DNA of 64,000 nt, from positions 102,300,001 to 102,364,000 of the forward strand of contig JBITNC010000001.1 of assembly GCA_050084985.1 (NCBI GenBank). Reading direction: 5' to 3'. This DNA is from Nageia nagi (Eukaryota; Plantae; Pinophyta). The notes beneath the pieces were generated by a model. It was not told the DNA's origin. It worked only from the letters and a program-made list of their open reading frames with translations, and made no database searches. Numbering within the stretch: the stretch's first letter is position 1; every line of letters begins with the position of its first letter. A program made the translations under genes and the position numbers. This document shows, piece by piece, positions 51,040-64,000 of the stretch.

Positions 51040-51470
51040 GTGTTATCAAATATTGGGAGGATGATATGAAAAATGAATATGATGCATTAACCAAAATAAT
51101 ACTGGGATCCTTATTCCATCTCCCCAAGGTAAATGATTGTAAACAAATATAATAAACCATGTATTATTCTTATAGTAATGTTAACCAAAAACCGAAATCT
51201 ACTGGCTGGTATAACATTATAGGACTTGACTATAAAGGAACCTATGTACATGTTAGAATGACTACACTTAATAGTTATATGTGCTATTGCAGCTAAATAG
51301 AACAGAAAATTCTCAAATGAAAGTAGAAACTGTCTTTGTTAATTGAATTTTCTTTAAGATACAAATATGAGTAACCAAAAGGGTTGCTGCAAAGGCAAAG
51401 ATAATTGTTTGTGCAGATTAATTAAGGCCTGGCATGGCCCCAGTCAAGCACCTATGACTTCGTACATAAA
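51040..51470 (+). mobile_element. Very old Copia RT fragment
   Basis: WEDDMKNEYDALTKNNT and LCRLIKAWHGPSQAP (cf. VCRLKKALYGLKQAP). Confidence 0.6.
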
Positions 51471-52691
51471 GATTTGTTTGCAAAATTCTGTACTTAGTAA
51501 TGTATTTATTGATCATTGTACCTTATGTAGAAGATTTAATTCTCATGGGATGAATTCATGGTTGATATTTTCAATAGTTAATTCAAAAATGCATTTCCCA
51601 ACATCAATCTTGGCTGCTTATACTATTTTCATGGAATGAAAGTTATTCAAGAAGATGATTTATGTTTATAAACATAAATAGGCAGAAGATTAATTACTCA
51701 AGTTTGGAATGGTTGAATGCAAAACTATTGATGTGAACTTTGAAGCTTGCTAAAAATTCATCTTTCAATTTTTGATGCCAAGATGTGCAAAAAACCTTGT
51801 TGGAAGTCTGATTTATTATATGGTTACTATGATTTACTACTTTGTTTGCGATTGGCATGGTCTCTTGATTTATTTCTAGACCACATAGAGAGCATACAAC
51901 GCTTTCAAGTATAATATATTTTGCAATCAAAAGCTTTCTAAGTTTACTGATTCTGAATCTCTGATTGTGCTGGTAATTTAGATAATAGGAAATCAACATG
52001 TGGATATCTCTTTCATATGGGCTTAAGGTCGTATTACTTGGAAAAGCATGAAAAAAGATACTAACGGTCTATTCTCTGAGAAAGTTAAATACAAGATCAT
52101 TACATTGGCTTCTGCTTAAGTCATCCAGCTTAAATGGATGTTGCAATAGTTGCACCTTTATACTGAAAGATCTTACTCTTTTATATGAAGTCCAACTGCT
52201 CTAACATAAAGTTAGGACCACTACTATAGAATCATGTATATGGAATCTTATGTACAATATATTTGTGATGCTAAAGGATAAATTCATCTCAAGACAGAGT
52301 GAATGAAAGGTAATTGAGCACACTTAAAATTATATTTAAATTATCTAAAATGACCTTTTGTAGGTGATTTACTTGATTTATGTAAAATTTATGTTAAACA
52401 ACAACTTCTAACTCGGCATTATCGTACATGCACATTGGCTTCAGTCGATCCACATAGGTGAATTCAAAGTTATACTTCTCAGGTTTATGTAAGGCAAATG
52501 CAAAACTTCAAAACTAACATTATTTCTTCAACATGGCAACTTCATCAAAACCCTAACACCACTAATAAATCCTTCCACACAAGTAGTGAAAGATTATGAG
52601 TTCCAAACATTACTTCTATTAAGTAGATTTGAAATGTAAACCATATCAAGCGTTAAATATGATGCGGTGAGAAGTCATTTTGTTTCCTTAC

Positions 52692-52799
52692 CTCATACGG
52701 TTCCTGACCTGTAATAAAAAATGTGTCAAAGCCAAATATTTGATCCCTGATAACATCCAGATCTGCCTTTGGAATCTTTACAGGCTCATTAGGTGGCTG
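52692..52799 (-). CDS. EGY2: EGY2-like exon with NAGNAG acceptor
   Basis: ttttaag|cag..|gtaag. (Q)PPNEPVKIPKADLDVIRDQIFGFDTFFITGQEPYE. Confidence 0.94.
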
Positions 52800-52979
52800 C
52801 TTAAAATGTAATTAATAACAATAGTTTAGAGTCTGAACCCAATCACATTAGCAATGATATAGAATATATTTTTCTAGAATGCTAACCCTCTCATATTTAA
52901 TTAGACATTGTCAATAGTATGCTTGTTATGTTTAAAAAGGCAATACAAGGTCTCAAATCATCCACAAGCATCATGGTAC

Positions 52980-53032
52980 CTTAACCCCTGGAAGGGGGAT
53001 CCACTGGTTACTTTTGAAACATCAATGTCATC
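52980..53032 (-). CDS. EGY2: EGY2-like small exon (53 bp, apparent 1-nt deletion)
   Basis: tacag|..|gtacc. DDIDVSKVTSGS and PLPGVK are read in different frames. Confidence 0.85.
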
Positions 53033-53216
53033 CTGTAGAGGTACATGCTGTCAATAAATCTTTAACATAATGGAGTATCTGAAGATAAAAGGAACACATT
53101 TATTTTCGCTAGTCAAAATACAGGGAATCAAACAATTCAATTTTTTTCTAATTATTGAAGAAATTAAGATCCACATTTTTCTCCAACTGAAATTGAACAA
53201 AATTCAGGTTATTCAC

Positions 53217-53306
53217 CTGCTCTTTCTCAATATGAACAGTGGAATTCTCGCTAAAATCCTCTGAAGGGGATGGCTTTTGACCACTGTCATCTAGATTCCC
53301 ATTTTC
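53217..53306 (-). CDS. EGY2: EGY2-like most 5' exon seen (acidic linker)
   Basis: ttttcag|..|gtgaa, 90 bp, only phase 0 open. ENGNLDDSGQKPSPSEDFSENSTVHIEKEQ. Confidence 0.8.
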
Positions 53307-55297
53307 CTGAAAAGTCAGCATCAAAAAAAGATAAACGCATAATGCAAACATATTTGGTACTAAATTAATAATTAAGAAGAAAATAATAGAAATGTTACCA
53401 TCTATAGTTAATACACTGATTTTCACAATTCTGCCTTTGACTGCACTATACTGTAGTTTGCCTTACTCTAGTGGTTTCAAAAAACCTAAGAGTCTCAAAG
53501 CCAACTTATATTTGGACTTTCATGCTATTCCAAAGGTAGCAAGGTCACATGCAAAGTTCAACTTTTGTGGAGCTGTTATTAATAAAGAAGGTGCTAGTCG
53601 ACAACTCGAAAGCCCTGTACCAGTTTTTCTGAAAGACCTCCATAGTATTAATTATCAAATATTTGTGTGACCTTTGACATTTTTTTCTCATCATCATACA
53701 CTAATATTTTTTAATTCATTCACAAGCAGTTAAGCACAAATTGCATCCTTGTCTTTTTAAGCATTCCTATCAACAGATCCCGGCTTTTATTAAGAGAAAT
53801 AAGCCATATTTTTCCAAGACATCCATTGCTAAAATCTGCATTTCAAATATATTTTTGAAAGGGTTGCCCTTCAAGGCACAATTTTAAACAACCAACAATC
53901 TAAGACAGGAAGAATACCCTCTTTGTTTCATTTGAAGGTTTTGCAGTCTTGATTCTAACATACTACCTTCAAATTGCATGCGATGTGGGAAGAAAATCCA
54001 GTGATACCTACATTAATCTAAGGGTTTTAAATAAACCAATCATGAAGCTAAAATTGGTTGAAAGAGATAACAACAACCAAACTTACTTGTGCCCGTAAAG
54101 GTATTTTAGGCATACAAAATATGCTACTGGTTGGCATCCTTATCACTAGTGCTAACTTAAAAACCTAACAAAATGATCACATAGGCAAAATAACCATTAC
54201 CTAGAAAAATAATTGGAGTAAAACAAATAATATCAAACTAACAACTTACAATTAATATTTAACTAAGAATCCTCATCATCCCTCCCAACAACAAAAGCTT
54301 GGGACTCCAAAGAACAAGAGAAAGCAAGAGAAAAGGCAGAGACAGCTGATGTCAAACATACACAGAATCTGTAGCCATCGAGTTGATGAAGTAGAGAAAT
54401 GAGTATTGTCAAGCAGAAGCTGAAAGTTGGGAAAAACACCTACTAGACAGTGGTGTGGTGACTTAGTTGTAGACAGCCATCGAATGAGACCAAACCGAGG
54501 AGATTTGACAATATGAAATGATGCAAGTACAAAGGGAAGCCAAATCTAGCTTTTCTAGAGGAAAATGCCTATGGTGATCCAAAAATTTATGTTGTTTGTT
54601 TCAATAATGTTCTAAGTGCCAATTGGGAAGATGATAGTGCATATATTGGATGGAGATGTGGCAAAGTAGGAATCAGTGCACACGGAACAAGGATACGACT
54701 GAAAGAATCAAGTGGGCTCTGACATTTGAAGGTACTGATGTGGTTTGGAGGCAATCTAGTGGATCATGTACTTGAAGATGATTTTATCACTAGAGAAATC
54801 GTATGTTGTAAAAGAGTGCCTACCATGGAATGCATGACAACAATAAGGATTGGGGTTGATATAGTGTTTTATGAATGTTTTTAACGAGGCAAGAGATACT
54901 ATCCTTGAGAAATGTATTTGTGTTTTGGTAAGCATCATACTTAAATATCATTTTATATTGATAAAGTCTACCAGGTAGAAGTCCACAACAATCCATGATG
55001 GTCACATCACAAGTAACCAGACCCACAAATCAAGGACCAAACATGAATGATAAAATGCATGTGGGTGTGATCTCTACAGATGAACATTTATCCTTCCAAC
55101 CAAGTGAGTTTGAAGAAGGATGATGCGCCATTCGTAGTTGCACGTTGCCAAAAATGGATCCCACAATTAAGTTCTTCTGCTAGTCACTATCAATCATACA
55201 ATCAATAAAAAATCATGACTTATGTGGGTGCAAGTGACAAACAAAAGGTCACAAACCCTTGGAATGGTGTTATGGTACTACACAACCTTGTTGAACC

Positions 55298-58200
55298 CAT
55301 AGTATATTAATTTGACAAATTTGAAGGCCTGCAGAAATTTTCCCAAAAATTTGCCATATTCGTCGAAATCCTGGCCAAATTTTCGTCCCAAAATTTATCT
55401 CAAAAACTCATCTAGAATTCGTCCAAGTTGGCAAAAATTCACCAAAACTGGTCTGACACATCAGCATTGTAAAATTCGCGCAATTCGTTGAATATTTGGC
55501 ATAAATTCGTCCAAAAATTCATCTAGTTCGTCCGGAATTCGTAAAAGAACAAAACTAGAATGATTTTTTTTTAAATTAGCAGAATTTTTGCATAGATTTA
55601 TCAAATTCGCAGATATTTGGGAAATATTTGTCGAATTCGCCACAAATTCGCGAGTAAACAGTAACAGCGCCGGATCAAAAGGGGATAAGGGAAATTTAAT
55701 GTTCTAATTTGTCATTTCTCTTGTGCAGGTATGGGAGAAGATAGTGTGAAGCTGAGAGAGGGTTTTTTGCAAGCAGAGAGGTTGATTTCTTGACTTGGAG
55801 GCTGCATTTGTCCATCCACCATGATCATTTGTGACTTTGTCTACCGTGGGAGAAGATTCTTGGGGCTGTATTCTAGATTTTTCTCATTTTCAAAATGCAT
55901 AGGGCATTGGACTGATTTTGGCACTGTATAACACCATTGGAGGGTGTTGCAGGTAGTTCAACAAAGAACAAATGCAACCTTTGTGGTAAGGAGTTCGTTG
56001 GAGGTGTTACAAAGTTTAAAGCTCATATTTCTAAACTTCCAAAGAAAGATGTGGATCCTTCCCCAAATACATCTCCAAAATTTGCCCTAGAGACAACAAG
56101 AGCCTTGGAATTTGTTAGAGAGAAAAAGAGTATGAAACAAGCATTTCAAACGAAGCTAGGACGAGAGATTGGAAACTCTTCAAGTGTTGCAAGTGGAAGT
56201 GCAAGTCGACCTAGTTCAAATGGGATTCAAATCTCTTCTTACTTTGAGCAACGGACAACTCCTGGAGCCCAGCCATCTATTACCAGTATTTTAAAGAAGA
56301 ATGAGAAGAAATATGCAGATTCGATGATTGCCAAACTGATTTACTATGAAGGATGTTTGATCAATATTACCATGAACCCTTTCTGGCAACCAGCATTTGA
56401 TGCAGCTTGTGTGGTCGGGCCTAGGTACAAGGCGCCAACTCATGCAAAATTGCAAGGTCCTCTTATACAAGATCTCAAGGAGTGAAAGGATAGGTCTATT
56501 GAAATTTGATTATTATATTTTTAAAAATTACTTTTTACTTGTAGTTTTTAAAAAAAATCTTTATTTGCAATTTTTTAGTTGCATTTTAAATTTTAGTTGT
56601 TTTGTAACGTTTCAGATTGTCTGACATTCGAGATTCTTGGAAGCAAACAGGTTGCACCATACTATTTGAAGGGTGGACAAATAAAAAGGGTAGAACCCTT
56701 ATTAATTTCCTAGTGTATTCCAAACAAAGCACAATATTCATGAAATCTCTTGATGCATCTGCACAAACAAAGGATCATATTTTGCTATGTGACCTATTAG
56801 ATCAATTTGTGCAGGAGGTGGGGGTGGGGCACATTGTCTTGTTGGTCACGGACAATGCTGATAATTATGGTTTAAAGGGAAAGAAGCTTATGGAAAGGTA
56901 TCCCTCCATAGTTTGGACTCCATGTGCTTTGCCATTGCATTGATCTTATGTTGGAGGACATAGAGAAATTGGATTGGGTGAAGGAGGTGGATGAAGGAGC
57001 AAGGTCAATCACCAAGTTCATCTATCATCATTCCACCGTACTTAGCATGATGAGGGTTTTCACCATCAACAAGGAGTTGACAAACCCAGGAGTCACACGA
57101 TTTGCCTCCCATTTCATCTCTCTTCAATCATTGCAAAGGTGCATGCATGAGCTTCTGGAAATGTTCATATCTAGAGAGTGGAGTGCTTCCCCTATGAGCA
57201 AGAGGCCAGAGGGCATGTTGGTGGCTACTTTGATAGGCAAGCAGGTATTTTGGGATAGGCTAACAAAGATTTGTGCAGTGATTGCGCTAATTGTACGAGT
57301 TCTTCGCTTAGTAGATGGGGATAATCTTTTGGGATCTCATTGATCAATGATGGCACAACATGCTCCATCACAATATTCATGGAGCAGCGGCCATCTTGAA
57401 CCCTTCATTATTATTTGCACTAGGTTCCAATTACATGATTGATCATGAGGCTAACATGGGAGCAACAAAATGCATATCCACTATGGTAAGTGACCCCATC
57501 ATTTGTGCCTGAGCCTTGATGGACCTTGACGATTACAAGAACTCATTAGGATTCTTTGGCTATGGTGCCGCTAAAGAGTCACAGTTTTTGCTCCCTCTAA
57601 GTGAGAAAAGTTTTGTAATGTACCTTTCTAGGGTTTATCTAATTTCTCACTTAATTCCACATTCATTCACAAATTAGGGCATCGAAGTAAATGCTAATTA
57701 ACCATCCAAACATGCGCTCAAAAATGGAATATAACAACAGTAGCCAAATCTGATATAATGTTCATATAACATGCGAATATGACCAAACTAGAGCACAAAT
57801 CAGATTTGTAACATAACAAAAGTATAGCTCCAAAATACTCTAATCTGCATACATTCCCATGCACAATAAAGATAGAAGCATAGCAAAAATATGTAGTAAC
57901 ATTCATTCACATTCGAGACACAATATGAGAGCTAATATCATTAATAATCAACCAAGAATAAGTGTAGGGCTGTACCAAGCATGTAACAAGTTCTAGGGCA
58001 AAGCCCAAGACTCAAAGATGCTCAATCTAGACTCCTCTAGGCTAGCGCAAGTCCCAAGAAGGCTCCCAAACTTGGTGCAAGTCCCAAGATAGCCCCTAAT
58101 GGTTGGCGCAAGCTTCCAATGGCAAGAATGCTAGGCACAAGACTCAAGAAAACTCCTCAAGGTTGGCGCAAACTTTCCAAGTGATGTAGAAGTGTAGAAG

Positions 58201-59630
58201 AGCCACTTCTAGGCTAGGGAGCAACCCTAAGCCCTAGAAGGTAGAGAAGAAAGCACCCCTAAACTCCGAATGATCCAATATCGAATGCACAAGATGATAT
58301 CTTCAAGTGACCAAATGGCTTGCCTTCATAGCATTCAAAACTTGCAATTATGTCTTCCCGAGCTGGCCGACTTAGGAGGAGGCATTAATAAAATACTAAA
58401 TGATCTTAAAGTCCCCCTTTCATAGCTGATTTGGTGCAAGGGTATAATTTGTCTTAGTGGCCCTCAATTAAATACATAATTTTTCCATTATTGAGCGTTG
58501 TCTTTGAGGCACAAATATAGGTATGATAAATACATAACTTGATAAATAAAATACTCCTATTCTAAGTACTAAAAATCACAATGAATAGGTATGAGGGGAG
58601 ACATCTAGATGTCCCAAATTGGGGACATTACAAGTTCAAACTTCAAACTTTCAAAGTCAAACTTCAAACTTCAAAAGTTCAAAGTTAAAACTAAATAAGA
58701 AATACTTCAACATGTTCATTTTGTTATGTTTTTAACTTTTTATAAAACTATAGTTTATAAGTTTATACATTTAGAATTAGGCTTTTATCTATTTAATGTT
58801 TTCTGGTCTGATTTGTATTTTAGAAATGTGGTGGGCAAATTTTGGAGGAGAGGCACCCGATTTGCAAAGATTAGTCATTTGCATCCTCAATCAAACATGT
58901 AGCACTTTAGAATACAAGTGCAATTAGAGTGCCTTTGAAAAAATTCACTCCAAGAAGCGCAATAGGTTAGCAATTTGATTCATTTCAGCTTTAAAGATTC
59001 AATGGACACTTCTTAGTTCTTACTTCTCATTTCTCACTATGATGAAATTTGTTTAATGTTAATAGGATGACAACGCAACAAGTACATGACATTGTGTATG
59101 TGTATGTCAACTTGTGATTATATGTGAAACAATTGGAGAATAAGGATAACCATGAGTGTGAATCCATTAACTTGTCTACATTGATCCCACATTTAGTGAT
59201 GCACCTCCATGCGATGTAGAGGAAGAGCATGAGGACCTAGTAAACCAAGAGTTTTGGGCTGCATGGATTGACTTGGAGGAGGGTATTGATAGAATTGCAG
59301 ACATGGACATGGACTTGGGCCAGGAGGAGGAGGAGGATGTACTTGGTGTTGTTGTGCACTTCGATGATCCATTGCCTCTTGTGCACTTTGATGTTGGACC
59401 TTAGGAGCAGAATGATCCTAACATTGAGATTGTGCCTGCGGATGATAGTCCAAGTCAATTCCTTTTATACGCAAGGCTGAGGCCCAAGATACACAAGAAT
59501 GCTACAAGATTGGCACCTCAAGCTTGTTATGCTCATATACCACCTACTAGTGGAGCACACTCTCTTATTACACCTACTAGTGGAGGTAGTGGTTGGCGTC
59601 TGACAAACAAGAGGGATAGATCTTCACGTT
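55298..59630 (+). mobile_element. Second hAT element, transposase pseudogene; right TIR not located
   Basis: Left end CATAGT with aattcg subterminal repeats. KCNLC..KFKAH; GCTILFEGW..LINFLV; VTDNA..WTPC; GVTRFA; WWANFG..LQRL..IHSKKRNRL at 58826-58975. Confidence 0.9.
57614..58632 (-). mobile_element. Solo LTR inside a hAT intron, TSD AGTT(T/C)
   Basis: TGTAATGTACC...GGGGACATTACA; agttt at 57609-57613 and agttc at 58633-58637. Confidence 0.85.
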
Positions 59631-59767
59631 GATGCCTTGATAGTTGGCACTTGGCACTATTAGTGTTTACAATTTACTATTTAGTGACTTAGTTATTCAC
59701 TATCATTTTTACTAGTTGGCACTTTGGCACCTAAGTTGGCAATATGAGACAGTAGACTTATGACTTA

Positions 59768-61345
59768 TGTAATGTCCTCGAATTTAGGCATCTCACTCAC
59801 TTCAGCACTTGGAAGTGGAATGCTCATCTTCATTGTGCTTCTTTAGTAATTAGGAGTTTTTTTAGCATAAAAACATACTTTTGAAATATTTTGATACATT
59901 TGGATATATTTTGGCATTGTCACATGCCATAGATAGCTTTGTCACATGCTCTTTACTCATGTTTTAGATTATTGATGATGTATGTTCTATTTTGGAAACC
60001 TAAAATAATTTTAAATGCTCTCCAAGATGGGATGTTGGGCTCCTAGAGGTATTTTTATTTATTTTAGTGGGCCAATTATGTTTGTAATTATGTGGGCTAC
60101 TCGTGGATGCCAAAATAATATTGTAATTTGTATCACCAAGGCATATTTATCATTGTAAATTCAATATCAGTCTCCTTAAGTAGGACGTTGCATATATGGG
60201 CCTTTGGATTATGCACTTTGGCATATCGAGGCATTTAGAAGGCCTCCAATGTAATTTAGCTCCCCTCTAAAAGGGATGCCCCACTAGAGGTAGAGTGTTA
60301 TGACTTCATGGAAGATTGCACGAATCCCAAGGCACTGGAAGACTCCAAGAAAGGGACATTACATAGAAGAGATCAATTATCACCCGTTGGATATGCTTTC
60401 GATGATCCCAAGGCACGCCAGGAAGGGACATCTCACACCATGGATGAATCTGCAGCACACGAATTGATTATGGTGATCCCAATCCTTCTAGAGGGATGTT
60501 GGCATGAGGAAACTATAAAAGGAGAAGTCATGGACTCATTTGGGAATGCTTGAATTATTATTATTTTATTTCCCCAAACGTGGGTGCAAGGTCTCTCCTC
60601 CTCTTGAGGATGAAAACCCACAAGAGAGGTACTTAAGGTCTAGCATTCCTCTTGACTTATCAGCCTGCTAGCTAGGGTTTGGCATTCCCTAGCGTTACTA
60701 ATGACTGCTAACTAGGACTAGCATTCCCTAGATTAATTGAAGACTGCTATCTTAGGTCTCGACATTCCCTAAGATCTACTAAAGACTGCTACATTGAGAC
60801 CTAGCATTGCTCAAGGGTTTTTGTTGAAGATTACTAGAGGAGCCTTGGAGCTTCCACACTACTGCTACTAAAGATCTCCATCAGGTAAATCACTTTGAAG
60901 ACTTGATAGAGACCCTAGTGCTTCCTTTTTAAAGGGATCATCTCCCATGCTAGGACGTCACACCTAGGGCATCCTTGCTCTAGCATTTTAAGGCACGTAA
61001 CGCATCTTCCTTGCAAGATCAATCGAATTACATTTTGTGGCTCCATTGAATATTTTGTTGAGACCTTGCCCTAAAGGTAGAACGCTTCATTTCTTAAGGG
61101 TGAATTGAGTGTGATCTCACCCTAGAGGGGTTTGTCCCTCTCCTAGGGATATTTTCCATGTTCTGTTGAATTAATTGCTCATTGTGGTGGATCGTCCCAT
61201 TTTTCTAAGCATTTTATGAGCATTTTGGGTATTTTAATGCATGGATCTGGCATGATTGGCAATTGCAAAATTTACGAGAATTTTTAATTATTTATTTTCG
61301 CCAATTTATGCTAAATTCGTATAAGCCCTAGTTTGGCTCATCACA
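59768..61345 (+). mobile_element. Solo LTR, TSD A(C/G)TTA
   Basis: TGTAATGTCC...GGCTCATCACA; actta and agtta flanks. Internal tagcattcc repeats at 60640-60830. Confidence 0.83.
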
Positions 61346-64000
61346 AGTTATGATTGTAATACACTTTGTAGATGACTTTTTATTTCACATGTTTTCGTAT
61401 ATCAATGTTATGGTTTATGAATATGATATTATGAATTATGGTCAACAATCATTTTCTTTAAATTTATGTGATGAATGTGTTTTTGGATGATATGGCCCAT
61501 ATGAGAATGATGTATGGCAATTAGATAAGCATATTCTATAGAAAAAATAAAATAAAATATGAGAATGATGAATTAACTTGTACTTTGGTTGCACATGTTC
61601 TTCTAGCAAAAGTTCTTTATATGTTTCATCATCCCACTCATTTAAATCAATATAGAGTATTAGAGAATACTCTTTACTATGCACTTATGTTCTTCATGCA
61701 AATTCTCTTTTATCTTCTCTCTCTTCGCACTCCCTCCTACTCAAGTACTCTATTGGTTCTTTCACCTTGTTACAAGGTTGATAACCCTTGAAAGTTTTAG
61801 GAATGCATAGATAAGAAATTTGAGCAAGGGCTTCTATGTTTCCATCGATCATAATAGTCCCAAAACCAAAACTGGAATCAGAATCATACCTTATTTCTTC
61901 ATGGTTCTTAAGGCAAATACTAGACCTTGCATGCTCCTTATTATCAACATTTAGTTCATCATACCTCTCAATGAGTATATTCACAAACTTCCTTCATATT
62001 AGTTTTTAGTCTATTTCTTTCAGCTTTTGTTTAAGCCATTGCCATATTTTTTATCCTCAAATATTTTGAATCCTTCCCTTTTTTTGGCACATCATGAAAT
62101 TTGAATTGGTTTTAAATCTCATCTATCCAATCAATAGCATCAATATCGTCAGATCTCCTTATTTGTAAGTTAAATGGCTTCCCCCATATCGGCCAATCTA
62201 ATAGAATCTCTTTACCAAAATCAGAGTTAGAATCGTCATACATTATCTTCTTACGAGCCATGATCTTGAATTATAAATGTTTTGCTTCATCAAATCTATG
62301 ATGAATTATCATACATAGGAAGAAATTTCTTTCATTTGACCAATATTATAATGTGAATAAAGCATTTGATCCAAATTTAAAGAATCAACCCTTCCTAAGT
62401 TTTTAAGAGCTTTCCAAAAATATAAATTAATATAGATATTTCAATGCAATGCACCCTATGGGCTAGTGATTCCCATAGACCCTAAAAATGCAATAACTTT
62501 CTCAAAATATATCCAAATAAGCTTAAATTCAAACTGTAGTTTAGTTGGATGTTTTTACTAACACTCACAAAAAAATCTCTAAAATTTGTTTTATTTTGTA
62601 TTGTAGGAAGCAATTTCGGTGACTGATTCTTGTGAAATCATGATACACAAACAAATTTTTTAACTAGATCAAAATGAACTAAACTTTTAACTATATGGTG
62701 CTTGCCTGATTTTGAAGTTGCTCATGAACATATTCTGGAAAATTTGCTGATTTGTAACCCAGAGAGCAGATTTTGCGTAGAAACCGTAACTCTACAATAA
62801 TCCAATCAATATAGATCCAATTCTTCTGAAACTTGGTCTATTATTTCCCCTTATAGTGTTACCACTTTTCTCTATAAATCAAAATAAAATTCATTGTTTT
62901 CATCCATAAGAGGATATTTTAGTGTTAAACAAATACATATAACTCAAAGAATATAGATCCAATTTGTCTAAAATTTGTATTGCAAATATTTTGAGTAAGT
63001 TTCTTGTCACCCATCCGAATTTCATCGAAAGATTCATAAGCATGAGCAAGATATCTGTTTTTTACTTGAGCCTTCTACGGGAAAAGAAAAAAAAAAGTTA
63101 TCAATTTTGTTGCCCTCAAATAGCTAGGATCAATGCTCTGGTATCACTTATTAGTAACCAAACTATAGAAATAATAGAAAACTGCAATGGAAAAGTAATA
63201 TCATCATGTGACTCCAACTAAAGAGTAATTTTGAATTCATGATAATTAAATTCAAAATACCAATCAATAGAAATCCAAAGATGATAGCATCCACAACTTT
63301 GATGGAGTGAACCTCCAATAACTTCGTTGTTTTGAGGAAGGCAACCTCGTAATATTGCAATGAGCAATGAAAATATGATTTCCAATAATGATTATGCATA
63401 TTACATGTTCTAAGTCATCTAGAGGGTCGCTTGTGCTAAGTGAGTTTGCACCATGGGCCGATAGGCTAAGGAGAAAATGAGGATTTCAACAGGCTCAGAG
63501 CGTTGGGCAGGTAAGATGGTCTGTGGATGAGATCCTAACGGAAGCTAGCGAATGGAGGGAAACTTGTCGATGTGTTTCTGAGAGACATTGATGGTTGCGG
63601 ATGCAAGAGTGGGAAACTCATCCTGAAAGCTTGTGTTGGGACCTCTAGACATATCCTTGCAGCAGATATGGTCAAGGGATACGTCTCGATGAAAACCCTA
63701 ATGGTGAAAGAATGCGAACAACCAAAAGCATTCATTCTCCATTAGAGATAAGTGCACTAGATTGGCATCTTCTGAAATGGAATACAGACGCCTTATTTTG
63801 AAAGTCAAAAGGGATATCATTTTTATCGCTTGGCGGAACCCTTGGAGGGCATCAACAATGACATAGTAGGAGGGCTATGGTAACAGTGGATCGGATGGCG
63901 ATGCTTGGAGCCGAGGTTTCTGGTGTGCCAATGAGAACTTATCTCAAACACAGCACACCGAGGACATGTAGGTAAGCATACGAGACGATGGTTTAACTGT

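Noticed and set aside
53900-55290. Possible LINE ORF1 or Copia remnant, or missing EGY2 exon
   Set aside because: Too degenerate; no reliable motif or splice-bounded open frame.
61440-64000. Possible TE remnants (CPRC zf-RVT-like near 63960) or EGY2 exon 1
   Set aside because: Only isolated weak motifs; no transit-peptide exon or hAT right TIR could be supported.

Overview
AT-rich, CpG-depleted plant nuclear DNA. Multi-kb introns packed with old transposons suggest a gymnosperm (inference). One host gene is present: a minus-strand EGY2-type chloroplast M50 zinc metalloprotease. Ten GT-AG exons map between 53306 and 11527, introns run from 91 bp to 18.5 kb, and the N-terminal exon(s) were not found in the window. 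One small exon is 1 nt short in a homopolymer. The rest is mostly transposon-derived: the 3' half of a Copia element with a 7-copy repeat array, seven TSD-flanked solo LTRs, two hAT transposase pseudogenes, and LINE, Copia, Gypsy-protease and PMD remnants. The most unusual part is a three-level nest in the 18.5-kb intron. (1) A PBS-bearing LTR element carries a WEB-family-like coiled-coil ORF where gag should be. (2) That ORF is split by a ~5.8-kb TG..CA unit (TSD CATCC) that looks like a giant solo LTR yet contains a ~1,100-codon ORF with its own promoter and a palindrome array. (3) That unit is split by a hAT element with a duplicated terminus and introns flanked by direct repeats. All family assignments come from motif recognition by eye; no database searches were run.
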